A stretch of 64,000 bases of DNA from Lysobacteraceae bacterium (GTDB lineage Bacteria; Pseudomonadota; Gammaproteobacteria; Xanthomonadales; Xanthomonadaceae): the NCBI GenBank assembly GCA_030681035.1, contig JAUXUI010000069.1:27674-91673 (forward strand), in the 5' to 3' direction. A model generated the notes under the pieces. The model was not told where the DNA came from. It saw nothing but the letters and a program-made list of their open reading frames with translations, and did not search any database. The position numbers and the translations under genes were made by a program. Shown in pieces: positions 1 through 8,855 of the stretch; position 1 is the stretch's first letter; every line of letters begins with the position of its first letter.

Positions 1-2791
1 ATTTGGCGCGCAGCTGATTGTTCTGGCGATTGAGCTCTTTGACCTGCTCGTGGATGGCGTTGAGGGCGCCAATGTTGGCCGTCATTTCTTCCTGACTGAC
101 TTCGCTGAGCTTCTTTTTCTTGAACAGTCGTTCCAGCTCTTCGCGCAGGGTGACGAACTTCGGGTCTTGCTGGTCAAAGTTGTCCGCCAGGGCTTCGCGT
201 GTCTGGCGCAGGGTGTTTTTCAGCTTGTCGGCCAGCACCAGCTCTTCTTCCCTGATCTTGGCGAACTTGAAGATCACGTCTTCCAGCGCAACGTTCAGTA
301 AATTACTCGTGTCTGTGGCGGATTCGATGGCATCTTTCAGGTTGAGTAGATCAAGGTGGTTGCAGGTTTCGCGGTAGAGCTGGCCCAACTTGTGGAAATC
401 GAGCTGCTGCAACAGGCCGTATTCACCTTGCAGGCGGATCAGGTTGTAGAGGTTGCGGGCATCATTCAGCGCTTTTTTGAGCGCCAGCACGGTGGCTCGG
501 TCTTGAATCTGGCTGAGCTGCCTTGAGAATTCTTCGGCGTTTTCGATGTTGAAGCTGAACAGGATGTCCTTGATGGCTTCGATTTCTTGCGTGATTTCTT
601 CGGCGGACTTGAACAGGTTGGAGTAGTGCTCGATCTCGTCGCCCAGCTCGGATTGCAGTTCGTCAAAGTAGTCTTTATTGGTTTTGTCGAACTCCTTGCG
701 AATGTCGGCAAAGTCGACCACGTAGCCGTAGCGGAAATCCTTGTAGGTGCGGTTGACGCGGGTGAGTGCCTGCAAGAGGTTGTGCGCCTTGATGACGCGC
801 CCCAGATAGAGCTTTTTCAGGCGCTTGGCATCAAAGCCGGTGAGGAGCATGTTGTAGACAAACAAGAGGTCGATCTTGCCGGCCTTGAAGTCTTCCACCC
901 AGTCTTTGCGCTCGTCTTTGCTGCCGACATCGTGCAGGATCAGCGCGGCATGCGTGACACGGTTTTCCAGCAGGGTCCGGGCAGCGTAGCTGTCGGGCTG
1001 CGCAGCGGCGATCAGGGCTTGTGCTGAGTCCTGCGCAGCGAACGCGGGCGAGGGTTGCGCGGCATGGACCGTATTGAAGATTTCGAACATCTGCCGGGCC
1101 TGCTCGGCGCTGTCACAGATCACCATGCCGCCGATGCTCGCATCGCCCAATGCGCAGCGACTCTTTTCGAAGTCGCGCACGATGTAGTCGAGCATGGGCT
1201 CGACAAATTGCGGGTGCGAGTAGATCAATTTGCGGTCGATATCGCCTTGCTGCAACTGGACGGCGGCGAGCGCTTCTTGCAGTGAAATTTTGTAGTTGGT
1301 GGCGATCTCTTCGCGGATCAGGCGCAGGGTGTAACCATCGGCAATCGAGGCGTTGTAGTAATACTTGTGGAGGTAGTCGCCAAACAGGGCGCGCGAGTTG
1401 TAGTCGTCGCCCAACAGCGGCGTGCCGGTGAGACCGATCTTGATGGCGTTGCGGTCGGACTGGCTGAGGTTGGCCAGAAAGCTGCCCTGCGGGTTGTAGC
1501 TGCGATGCACCTCATCAAGAAAGTAGACGCGCTGGATGTTGAAGTTGTAATCCTCGGCGCGCACTACGTCCGGGTCGTCCTGAAACTTCTGGATATTGAC
1601 CACGGTGATTTCAGGCTTGCCGCTGTGGTTGTGCAGCACCTGTGTGGTTTTGATGTCTCGGGCAAAGTCTGCACGGCTGTCGATGGTGTGCACCACCAGC
1701 CCGCGACAGGAAAATTCACGCTGCGCCTGCGTGGCCAGATCAAGCCGGTCGACGATGAAGTAGAACTTGGGGATGACGCCTTGGCGCTGGAAGTAATCGG
1801 TGAGAAAACGGGTGTTGTAGTAGGCCAGCGCGGTTTTTCCGCTGCCCTGGGTGTGCCAGATGATGCCCTTTTTCACACCAGCATCGAGTTTCTTCTCGAT
1901 AGCCTTGGTGGCAAACAGTTGCGGGTAGCGCATGACATGCTTGTGCTGGCCATCGCTTTCGTTCACATAGGCCAGCGCAAATCGCAGCAGGAAGGCTAGA
2001 CGCTCACGACTGAACAAGGAGGTGCAGATGCGGTTGGTTGGCGTATCGGGCGACTTGTTGCTCAGAAACTCGGGGCTGTGCTTGATGACGTTGAGGTTGT
2101 TGTCGCGCAGCACTTCGTTTTCGATGAGGTCATCTTCAGCCGCCAGCAACTCGGCCAGATCCAGTGTTTCTTCTTCTCGGAAGTAGTTGAAGATTGGCGA
2201 GTCGTAGGACGGGCTGGCATAGAACGCCCCCTCGATGGGCTGCGGCGAGCCGTCGTCGTACTCCATGTTATTGGAGAAGACCATCAACTGCGTGATGTTG
2301 ATAAAGCGCCAGAATTTTGGATTGCGGCTGCGCGTGATGATGCGGTTGCGCTCGGCCAGCACACCTTCGCGGTTGTTGGGCTTCTTGACCTCGATGAAGG
2401 TCAAAGGCATGCCGTTGATGAGCAGCGTGATGTCGGGCCGAAACTCATCGTCGCCGTTCTTGCAGGTGAGCTCGGTGACAACGTGGAAGCTGTTGTTGTC
2501 GAAGTTCTCGAAGTCGATCAGCCGGATGCCCGAGCGTTCCGTGAGCCTCTCGTAGAAGGCCTTGCCGAGGTCTTCGTTGTCCAGCAGGAGCTTGACGTCG
2601 GCCAGCAGACGGGTGGCGTCTTCTGCGCTCAATTCAGGGTTGATGCGGGCGATCGCTTCGCTGAAAAGCGCGGGGAAGATATTGGTTTCTTCGTCCCAGA
2701 CGGCATCTTTCAGGGAAAGATAGCGGTAGCCAAGCCGCACCAGATGCAGGATGCAAGGAATCTTGACCCGTGAGTCTTCGCTGAAAACCAT
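1..2791 (-). CDS. hsdR: Type I restriction endonuclease R subunit (HsdR), N-terminal ~930 codons; 3' end runs off the window
   Basis: Absent from the ORF track because no stop lies inside the window. Own translation of the minus strand from ATG at 2791 gives MVFSEDSRVKIPCILHLVRLGYRYL... SF2 helicase motifs present: [12 protein letters not shown] (I), FLDEVHRS (II), GLTGTP (III), QALTRVNR (VI). Plus-strand ORFs 587-1027, 1367-1999 and 2078-2773 are its antisense shadows. Confidence 0.85.
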   Translation of the reverse strand, partial: MVFSEDSRVKIPCILHLVRLGYRYLSLKDAVWDEETNIFPALFSEAIARINPELSAEDATRLLADVKLLLDNEDLGKAFYERLTERSGIRLIDFENFDNNSFHVVTELTCKNGDDEFRPDITLLINGMPLTFIEVKKPNNREGVLAERNRIITRSRNPKFWRFINITQLMVFSNNMEYDDGSPQPIEGAFYASPSYDSPIFNYFREEETLDLAELLAAEDDLIENEVLRDNNLNVIKHSPEFLSNKSPDTPTNRICTSLFSRERLAFLLRFALAYVNESDGQHKHVMRYPQLFATKAIEKKLDAGVKKGIIWHTQGSGKTALAYYNTRFLTDYFQRQGVIPKFYFIVDRLDLATQAQREFSCRGLVVHTIDSRADFARDIKTTQVLHNHSGKPEITVVNIQKFQDDPDVVRAEDYNFNIQRVYFLDEVHRSYNPQGSFLANLSQSDRNAIKIGLTGTPLLGDDYNSRALFGDYLHKYYYNASIADGYTLRLIREEIATNYKISLQEALAAVQLQQGDIDRKLIYSHPQFVEPMLDYIVRDFEKSRCALGDASIGGMVICDSAEQARQMFEIFNTVHAAQPSPAFAAQDSAQALIAAAQPDSYAARTLLENRVTHAALILHDVGSKDERKDWVEDFKAGKIDLLFVYNMLLTGFDAKRLKKLYLGRVIKAHNLLQALTRVNRTYKDFRYGYVVDFADIRKEFDKTNKDYFDELQSELGDEIEHYSNLFKSAEEITQEIEAIKDILFSFNIENAEEFSRQLSQIQDRATVLALKKALNDARNLYNLIRLQGEYGLLQQLDFHKLGQLYRETCNHLDLLNLKDAIESATDTSNLLNVALEDVIFKFAKIREEELVLADKLKNTLRQTREALADNFDQQDPKFVTLREELERLFKKKKLSEVSQEEMTANIGALNAIHEQVKELNRQNNQLRAK

Positions 2792-3867
2792 CAGAGCTGA
2801 TCTCCCTGTACTTGTTTTGTGTTTGTCAGGCTGACCCACTTGGCCCCACGCCCCTTGCCCGTAGGGGCAATCAAACCCTCGGCCTTCATGGTGCGTAACA
2901 CCAGCCGCACCATGTCGCGACTGATACCGGGGCAGGCTTCTTCGATTTCCGAAATCGAGAACGGCAGGTTTCTCTTGAGGATTTCCGCCCGCACTCTGTC
3001 GCCTTTGGCACCGCGCCCACGCTCGATGGTGCCGACACGTTCTTCGAATTCCTTATAGGCGCGCAGCAATGCGCCCCAAAAATAATCGAGCCACGGGGCG
3101 ATATTGTGAGCGCCCTCGTGCCAGCCTTGTGAGCTGGCCTCCAGCGTTTCGTAATAACTCTCCTTCGATTCCTCGAAGATACGTTCCAGACTGATGAAGC
3201 GGCCCACGGTGTAGTCGGCGTGGTAGAGCAGTTGCAAGGTGAGCAGCCGAGCCATGCGGCCGTTGCCATCAGGGAATGGATGCACGCATAAAAAATCAAG
3301 GATGACCAGCGGCACCAATACCAGTGGGTCGGCCAGATGTTGATCGAGTGCGGTGCGGTAGCGCGCAATGGTGTCCGGCATTGCCATTGGCGTGAGGTGC
3401 GCCGCTACGGGTCGAAAGCGAATGCGTGAGCTGCCGTCCGGGTGACGTTCGATAATGTCGTTGTTGGTGGCCTTCCAATGCCCACCGGGTTGCGGCATGT
3501 AGCGGTACAGGATGCTGTGCAGTTGCTGGATCGTGCCCTCTGAGAAGGGCATTTGTTCTCCACTTTCGTGAATCAGCCCCAAGGCATCACGGTAGCCAGC
3601 GACTTCTTGTTCGGAACGGCTCTTGGGCGTGGCATTTTTGAGCACCAGCGACTTGAGCCGGTGGGCTGCAACCACTACGCCTTCGAGGCGGTTGGAGGAC
3701 TCTGTCGATTCGACGACTGCCACTTGCCGCAGATCACTCAGCACCTCTGGCGACTGGGCGACATAGAGAAGTTGCTTGCCCCGGTACTCGCCCAGCGCGC
3801 GCAGCGTTGCCAGTTGCTGCGTGTCAAAGCGCAGCTTGGCGAGGTAGTCTGGCGTCAGTGAGTGCAT
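2791..3867 (-). CDS. Fic family protein (AMPylase-type) with N-terminal inhibitory motif and C-terminal winged-helix-like tail
   Basis: Fic motif HPFPDGNGRMAR is present. SNRLEG matches the (S/T)xxxE(G/N) auto-inhibition motif. The stop overlaps the hsdR start by 1 nt (TGATG at 2789-2793). Confidence 0.9.
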   Translation of the reverse strand: MHSLTPDYLAKLRFDTQQLATLRALGEYRGKQLLYVAQSPEVLSDLRQVAVVESTESSNRLEGVVVAAHRLKSLVLKNATPKSRSEQEVAGYRDALGLIHESGEQMPFSEGTIQQLHSILYRYMPQPGGHWKATNNDIIERHPDGSSRIRFRPVAAHLTPMAMPDTIARYRTALDQHLADPLVLVPLVILDFLCVHPFPDGNGRMARLLTLQLLYHADYTVGRFISLERIFEESKESYYETLEASSQGWHEGAHNIAPWLDYFWGALLRAYKEFEERVGTIERGRGAKGDRVRAEILKRNLPFSISEIEEACPGISRDMVRLVLRTMKAEGLIAPTGKGRGAKWVSLTNTKQVQGDQL

Positions 3868-3890
3868 GGCTCGTAGGCGATTGAGGAAAT

Positions 3891-3957
3891 GGGGTAATCT
3901 TAATGCATATTGGGGTATTGCGATACAGAATTACCCCTTTGTTTTTGTTGTTACCCC
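3891..3957. promoter_or_regulatory. AT-rich promoter/operator region upstream of fic-hsdR with four GGGGTAW/WTACCCC boxes
   Basis: Boxes: GGGGTAAT at 3891, GGGGTATT at 3912, AATTACCCC at 3929, GTTACCCC at 3950. They form two direct plus two inverted copies with roughly 21-bp phasing, symmetric around ~3924. Confidence 0.35.
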
Positions 3958-4038
3958 GTTTAATAAAGGCCGAAAGCGTGGCTTCCTGATCAATCAGCGC
4001 GTTCATGGTGATGTCGTTAATCAGCCACGGAGCCCGCG

Positions 4039-4242
4039 ATGAATACCAAGCAAACCGCCATCGATGCCTACCTTGCCCGCACGGCCGCCATCCACGCCAA
4101 ACTGGCACGGCTGCAGCAACTGGCCGATGACCACTTCGGCCACGACCCGGACGCCATCAACTGGGGCCACGTTGGCGACCTCGGGTGGGTGGACGCCGCG
4201 CTCGATGATCTGCTGGCAATCTTTGGCGGCGAACATGCGTGA
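4039..4242 (+). CDS. Small hypothetical protein (67 aa)
   Basis: ORF-track entry with plausible composition (MNTKQTAIDAYLARTAAIHAKLARLQQLADDHF...). No family recognised. Confidence 0.3.
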   Translation: MNTKQTAIDAYLARTAAIHAKLARLQQLADDHFGHDPDAINWGHVGDLGWVDAALDDLLAIFGGEHA

Positions 4243-4445
4243 GGCGATGACCATGATTTTCTGCGGCCAAAAGGCTCGGTGGCCGTTTTTGCCAATGAGG
4301 GTGTGAATTCAACGCCCACCCTTGCTGGGGTGCAAACCGCAAACCCTGCAAACCTCGGTTTGCACGCTGACGGTAGCGCAATGCCGCGCTGTCGCCTCCC
4401 GTATTGGAATCGCGCCAGGAAGGATCCTTTTCGCCTGGGCGAGAG

Positions 4446-4775
4446 TCAGATCGTCTCGGGTTCCTGCATCCACGTCGGGATGTCGCGCTGGCCGTGCAGC
4501 ACGCGCCAGACATCAATGTGCTCTGAACGCTCGATATAAAACACAAAGTGGGGATAGTGTGTCAGCGGCCAGAAGCGCAGGCCGGGCAAGTTCAATGCGT
4601 GGGCGTAGCGTGGTGATCCGGTAGCCGGATGGCGAGCGATGTGCGCATAAGCCTGCTCCAAGGCGTCAATGAAGCCGAGTGCCGCTTGCTCTGCATCTTC
4701 GCTGAGGTAGTAGGCAATCGCGTCGTCGATGTCCCGGTTAGCCAGCTCACGCGGAACGACAGGCTTGGCCATCAC
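4446..4775 (-). CDS. parE: ParE/RelE-family type II toxin
   Basis: The sequence ...ANRDIDDAIAYYLSEDAEQAALGFIDALEQAYAHIARHPATGSPRY...HYPHFVFYIERSEHIDVWRVLHGQRD is typical of ParE. It overlaps the upstream antitoxin gene by 4 nt. Confidence 0.85.
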   Translation of the reverse strand: MMAKPVVPRELANRDIDDAIAYYLSEDAEQAALGFIDALEQAYAHIARHPATGSPRYAHALNLPGLRFWPLTHYPHFVFYIERSEHIDVWRVLHGQRDIPTWMQEPETI

Positions 4776-5023
4776 CCGCGAGCGCCGCCCTTGGCCGCCT
4801 TGCGCACCCGGTCACGCAGGCCTTCAAAGTAGGCCGGATCGGCTGGGGCAGCAGGTGCAGACGCAGCGCCCGCGAGCAGGAGGCCGCGCAGGTGCAGGCG
4901 ATCCTGATCCTTGCGAATCAGCTCGCGCACGTATTCGCTGCTGGTGCCGTAGCTGCCTTGATTGACCTGCTCATCCACGAAGGACTTGAGCGTGTCGGGT
5001 AGGGATATGTTCATTGTGCTCAT
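4772..5023 (-). CDS. parD: ParD/CopG (ribbon-helix-helix) antitoxin
   Basis: MSTMNISLPDTLKSFVDEQVNQGSYGTSSEYVRELIRKDQDR is a ParD-type RHH N-terminus. The gene is coupled to parE. Confidence 0.8.
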   Translation of the reverse strand: MSTMNISLPDTLKSFVDEQVNQGSYGTSSEYVRELIRKDQDRLHLRGLLLAGAASAPAAPADPAYFEGLRDRVRKAAKGGARG

Positions 5024-5041
5024 GGCTCAAGATTAGTTTTT

Positions 5042-5058
5042 TTGGCAAAATTTGGCAA
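5042..5058. promoter_or_regulatory. Candidate ParD operator (direct repeat TTGGCAA-N3-TTGGCAA)
   Basis: TTGGCAAAATTTGGCAA lies about 20-35 bp upstream of the parD start at 5023. Confidence 0.3.
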
Positions 5059-5406
5059 GGCCGGATCGGAGGCCGCGCCAGGGAGCCGACCATCAGCGTC
5101 GGCTTTTCTTCTTTAGACGGCAGGAAACCGGAGTTGACCAAGCTTCTTTTCATGGGCGAAGCGAGTGATCTCGAAAAAAAACGTCCGGTTGCAGCATCGA
5201 ACGATGACCTAAGACAACCTCGTCTGCTTTCCGGGGCCAGTTTAATTCTGAAGCGGGAATCGAACCGGCATCCGTCGCTCTGGCCAAAAGCACACCCATT
5301 TACACCCATTCAAGCCGGGCGTCCCGGGAGACAATGCAACTGCATTGACGCGGCAATGCGACCGCATTACCATCCAAGCGTCAACCCATATCCGCAGGAG
5401 ACGGTC

Positions 5407-5736
5407 ATGGCCGCGACCTTTGAAGTCGAATCCACACTCACCGATCGCTACCAGACCACGGTGCCGGAAACCGTGCGTCGTGCCCTCAAGCTGGGCAAGC
5501 GCGACAAGATCCACTACACCATTCGCCCCAGTGGAGAGGTGGTGCTGACGCGCGTCGAAGCATCCGACGGTGACGACCCTGTGCTCGGTCAGTTCCTCGG
5601 CTTCCTGGCCGCCGACATCACTCGCCATCCCGAGCGGCTGCAATCTGTGGATGCCGCCCTCGTCCAACGGCTCCAGTCGCTGGTCGACGGCGTCGATGTC
5701 GATCTGGATGCCGCCCTGCCGGCAGACCATGAATGA
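5407..5736 (+). CDS. prlF: PrlF/SohA (AbrB-fold) type II antitoxin
   Basis: Internal start MAATFEVESTLTDRYQTTVPETVRRALKLGKRDKIHYTIRPSGEVVLTR is the PrlF signature. The track ORF 5014-5736 has an implausible N-terminal extension. Confidence 0.8.
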   Translation: MAATFEVESTLTDRYQTTVPETVRRALKLGKRDKIHYTIRPSGEVVLTRVEASDGDDPVLGQFLGFLAADITRHPERLQSVDAALVQRLQSLVDGVDVDLDAALPADHE

Positions 5737-6245
5737 GCGCAGGGAAGCCCAAGCCCTTGGTCATTCACGGCTGGACGGTCTTTGCTCATCCACTATTCCT
5801 CGCACAGATTGAAGCGCTGGCTCGGCAAGTCGAGACCCTGAGACAGAAGGACCCGGCCGGGTACGTAAAAAAGAACGCCAGCAAGCGACTGGCCGCAGTC
5901 ATCAAGCTGGCGTTTGATGTCATCCCGCAATATCCGACGCGACCGGAGTACCGCCAGGGCGGGACGCTCGGTGACGATCACAAGCACTGGTTTCGGGCCA
6001 AGTTTTTCCAGCAGTACCGACTATTCTTCCGCTACCACGCCCCGAGCAAGGTGATCGTCTACGCCTGGGTGAATGACGAGGACACCAAACGCGCCTACGA
6101 AAGCAGCGACGACGCCTACCGGGTGTTCCGCAAGATGCTGGAAAGCGGGCATCCGCCTGACGATTGGGATCGGCTCCTGGCCGAGGCGCAGAAAGAATCG
6201 CAACGGATGCAGGAATCATTGGCAAGGGCGGCAGCAGCACACTGA
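5733..6245 (+). CDS. yhaV: YhaV-family type II toxin (ribonuclease)
   Basis: ...HGWTVFAHPLFLAQIEAL...KRLAAVIKLAFDVIPQYPTRPEYRQGGTLG..HKHWFRAKFFQQYRLFFRY....KVIVYAWVNDE... The start overlaps the prlF stop by 4 nt. Confidence 0.85.
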   Translation: MSAGKPKPLVIHGWTVFAHPLFLAQIEALARQVETLRQKDPAGYVKKNASKRLAAVIKLAFDVIPQYPTRPEYRQGGTLGDDHKHWFRAKFFQQYRLFFRYHAPSKVIVYAWVNDEDTKRAYESSDDAYRVFRKMLESGHPPDDWDRLLAEAQKESQRMQESLARAAAAH

Positions 6246-6566
6246 CGGTCGAGCGAGGGAATGCGAGTTCGGCAATATGGCCCGCGATGTCGGGCCGGAC
6301 CTCATGCTCCTCGTTCGGCTCGGTGATGTTGCGGCCACCGAACTCGATCAGGACGCTGTTGCCCACGTAGTCCCCCGACGCCTCCAGCGCCGTCGGGTAG
6401 TGCATCCGCAACTGCTCGCCGTATTCGCTGACTTCAAGCTGGGATGCGTCGGCATCGAACTCGACGGCGAGCGTGCGAGTTGCGGAGCCAGCGCCCGGTG
6501 AATTGGTTCGAGGTGCGGGAAGGGCTCAGGCATGAACTGCCATCCGCTCGTTTCGGCCCCTTTCAT
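6246..6566 (-). pseudogene. Possible remnant of a nucleotidyltransferase AbiEii/AbiGii-family toxin gene (frameshifted and truncated)
   Basis: The minus-strand fragment ...HYPTALEASGDYVGNSVLIEFGGRNITEPNEEHEVRPDIAGHIAELAFP resembles the central part of AbiEii proteins. The reading frame breaks upstream (two overlapping short ORFs), and the 3' side runs into yhaV. Confidence 0.3.
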
Positions 6567-6675
6567 TTAAAAACAGGGCGTCGCTCATCCACGCAGGTAT
6601 TGAACTGGTGGCTGGCGAAGTCCGCAGGCTTCCGCAGGAACCCCCAACAACACGCGGAAACGGGTGCAAGGCAAG

Positions 6676-6703
6676 AAAAAGGGCCCGGAGATTATCCGAG
6701 CCC
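6676..6703 (-). terminator. Rho-independent terminator of ssrA
   Basis: On the minus strand, just 3' of the tmRNA CCA end: GGGCTCGG-ataatct-CCGGGCCC followed by TTTTT. Confidence 0.55.
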
Positions 6704-6710
6704 TTCAATT

Positions 6711-7065
6711 TGGTGGAGGTGGGGGGAGTTGAACCCCCGTCCGAAAGCCCTACGTCTCCGGCCCTACATGCTTAGCTCACCGTTGGATCTTGTTCTCTGA
6801 CAGCACGGTGTGCGAAGCACGCCAGAGAACCAGCCGGTTATGTTTTAGCCTTTCGTTGACAGGCAGCCACGATAAGCGATCCCGTGATAATGACCCTACA
6901 TCCGTGAGCACGAGCACAAACGGGTTCGGGGCTTACGCCTTAAGCGGCGAGAGCGTAGACGTCGTCGTTGGCGTCTGAAGTTTTGCCGCTGGATTAACGA
7001 GGAAAGCTGCCCCCTCGGCATGCACCGGTCGATTTCGCGACCCCCGTCGAAGCCAAAACACCCCC
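6711..7065 (-). ncRNA. ssrA: tmRNA (SsrA)
   Basis: 5' end GGGGGTGTTTTGGCTTCGACGGGGG and 3' end GGACGGGGGTTCAACTCCCCCCACCTCCACCA. Tag reading frame GCC AAC GAC GAC GTC TAC GCT CTC GCC GCT TAA at 6972-6940 encodes ANDDVYALAA. smpB is adjacent. Confidence 0.92.
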
Positions 7066-7163
7066 GGGGAAAATCAACCACGTATCAGTGTAGGGCCGGG
7101 CGCCCTTCGTATCAAGGAAAACCATGTTGTCGGTTGCCTCGGGTTCATCGGGCCACGGCCCGA

Positions 7164-7652
7164 TCAGGCGTTCTTGTTGTGGCTGCGCATTACCCGCTGC
7201 TTGTCGCGCTCCCAGTCGCGGCTCTTGATGGTGTTGCGTTTGTCGTGCGCCTGTTTGCCGCGGGCGAGGGCGATTTCGATCTTCACCTTGTTGCCCTTCC
7301 AGTACATGGCGGTGGGGATCAGGGTGTAGCCATCGCGCTCGACGGCGCCGATCAGTTTGTGGATTTCCGTGCGATGCAGCAGCAGCTTGCGGGTGCGGCG
7401 GTCATCGGCGATCACGTGGCTGGATGCCGAGATCAGCGGTGTGATCTGCGCGCCGAACAGAAAAATCTCGCCGTTTTTCACCAGCGCGTACGATTCGCTG
7501 AACGCGATGCGGCCTTGGCGCAGGGATTTGACTTCCCAGCCTTGCAGCGCGATGCCGGCCTCGAAGCGGTCTTCCAGAGCGTATTCGTGCCGGGCACGTT
7601 TGTTCAACGCGATCGTGCTTCCGGTATCCTTCTTGTCTTTCTTTTTGTTCAT
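7164..7652 (-). CDS. smpB: SsrA-binding protein SmpB
   Basis: From the internal start: [45 protein letters not shown]...[23 protein letters not shown]. Confidence 0.9.
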   Translation of the reverse strand: MNKKKDKKDTGSTIALNKRARHEYALEDRFEAGIALQGWEVKSLRQGRIAFSESYALVKNGEIFLFGAQITPLISASSHVIADDRRTRKLLLHRTEIHKLIGAVERDGYTLIPTAMYWKGNKVKIEIALARGKQAHDKRNTIKSRDWERDKQRVMRSHNKNA

Positions 7653-7710
7653 ATCCATTTCCTTGGCGCGCATTGTCGCCGATGCGCGTGCATGAGGCGA
7701 GAAAAACGGC

Positions 7711-8154
7711 ATGACCCGAGTTGAACGCAGCGCATTGGTACCCTTCGCAGCGCCCCGGATGTATGGGCTGGTGGTTGATGTGCCGGCCTATGCGCAGCGT
7801 TTTGCCTGGTGCGAGCAGGCGAGCTTGCTGGAATCGTCCGAAACCGTGCAGGTAGCACGGCTCGGGGTGAAGGTGGGTGGCATGCGCACTGCGTTTACCA
7901 CCCGCAACACGCTCGTCATCGGTGAGCGCATCGAAATGGCGTTGGAGGAGGGGCCGTTTCAGCGGCTGTCGGGGGTGTGGTCGTTCCGCGCCCTCACCGA
8001 GAGTGCCAGCCGGGTGGAACTGGTGCTGGAGTTTGAACTTGCCGGGCGTTTTCTGGGTTCGGCGCTGGCGATCGGTTTTGCCGGCATCGCCGATCGCATG
8101 GTTGATGATTTTTGCCGCGAGGCGCGGCGCGAGTTTGCGGTGAAGCAGCCGTGA
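7711..8154 (+). CDS. ratA: RatA/YfjG-type SRPBCC protein (ribosome association toxin family)
   Basis: SRPBCC-like sequence in the conserved smpB-ratA-rnfH-bamE gene order. Confidence 0.75.
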   Translation: MTRVERSALVPFAAPRMYGLVVDVPAYAQRFAWCEQASLLESSETVQVARLGVKVGGMRTAFTTRNTLVIGERIEMALEEGPFQRLSGVWSFRALTESASRVELVLEFELAGRFLGSALAIGFAGIADRMVDDFCREARREFAVKQP

Positions 8155-8438
8155 GCAGCGATGAGTTGATTCAGGTGCAGGTGGTGTATGCCTTGCCGCA
8201 GCGGCAATGGTTGTTGCCATTGCAGTTGCCAGCGGGCAGCACGGCAGGTGATGCGGTAACGGCGTCAGGCCTGGCGGACAAGGTGCCAGGCTATGCCGGC
8301 ATCGAACACACGCTGGCAATTTATGCGCAGCCGGTGAGCGCCACAGCCGTGCTCAGGCAGGGTGACCGCGTGGAGGTGCTGCGGCCGTTGCTGGCTGACC
8401 CGAAGCAGGTGCGGCGGGCGCGAGCGTTGCTGAAGTAA
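8151..8438 (+). CDS. rnfH: RnfH family protein
   Basis: The GTG start overlaps the ratA stop. IQVQVVYALPQRQWLLPLQLPAGSTAGDAV..SG............AIYAQPVSATAVLRQGDRVEVLRPL is RnfH-like. Confidence 0.7.
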   Translation: MSSDELIQVQVVYALPQRQWLLPLQLPAGSTAGDAVTASGLADKVPGYAGIEHTLAIYAQPVSATAVLRQGDRVEVLRPLLADPKQVRRARALLK

Positions 8439-8459
8439 GCAGCGCCCGTGCGAAGCAGC

Positions 8460-8855
8460 TCAACGCCCTTTGCGTTTTTCGTCGCGCGATTTGGGCAGGT
8501 TGCCATAGCGCTGCATTTCGGCCCACAGCGCCTGATTCTGTTCGGGGAAGTAGTCGCCTTCCCAGCGTGTGAGTGAGTCGCCATCGAAAAACACGGCGAA
8601 GCGCTTGATCTCGGCATCCTTGCCTTTGCGCTTTTGGCTGGCCACGTAATCCCAACGCGATTGATGGAAGGGATCGGCGATCACTGGCGAGCCCAGCAAT
8701 GAAATCACCTGGCGACGATTCATGCCTACTTGCAACTGATTGACGTTACGCTCATCAAGCAGGTTGCCCTGATGGATGGGGGCTTTGTAAATGATGCCGC
8801 AGCCGCTGACGGCGAGGGCAATGGCAAGAACGGTCAGGATTGAACGCATCGTCAT
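8460..8855 (-). CDS. bamE: Outer membrane protein assembly factor BamE (SmpA/OmlA lipoprotein)
   Basis: Internal start MTMRSILTVLAIALAVSGC carries a lipobox. QGNLLDERNVNQLQVGMNRRQVISLLGSP is BamE-like. Confidence 0.85.
   Translation of the reverse strand: MTMRSILTVLAIALAVSGCGIIYKAPIHQGNLLDERNVNQLQVGMNRRQVISLLGSPVIADPFHQSRWDYVASQKRKGKDAEIKRFAVFFDGDSLTRWEGDYFPEQNQALWAEMQRYGNLPKSRDEKRKGR

Noticed and set aside
5240-5280. tRNA-like T-arm (CCGGTTCGATTCCCG on the minus strand), a possible att remnant
   Set aside because: The stem pairs at only 4 of 5 positions. There is no matching acceptor stem, anticodon arm or CCA context, and the sequence does not resemble the ssrA 3' end. It is too weak to call.
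1-6710. Integrase or recombinase genes for either island (ssrA island, R-M island at 27.9-37.2 kb)
   Set aside because: No ORF with tyrosine or serine recombinase features was found in the window, so mobility of both islands is inferred only from context and boundary repeats.
7402-8319. 305-aa minus-strand ORF spanning smpB, ratA and rnfH
   Set aside because: It overlaps three well-supported genes in other frames and has Pro/Arg/His-rich shadow composition.
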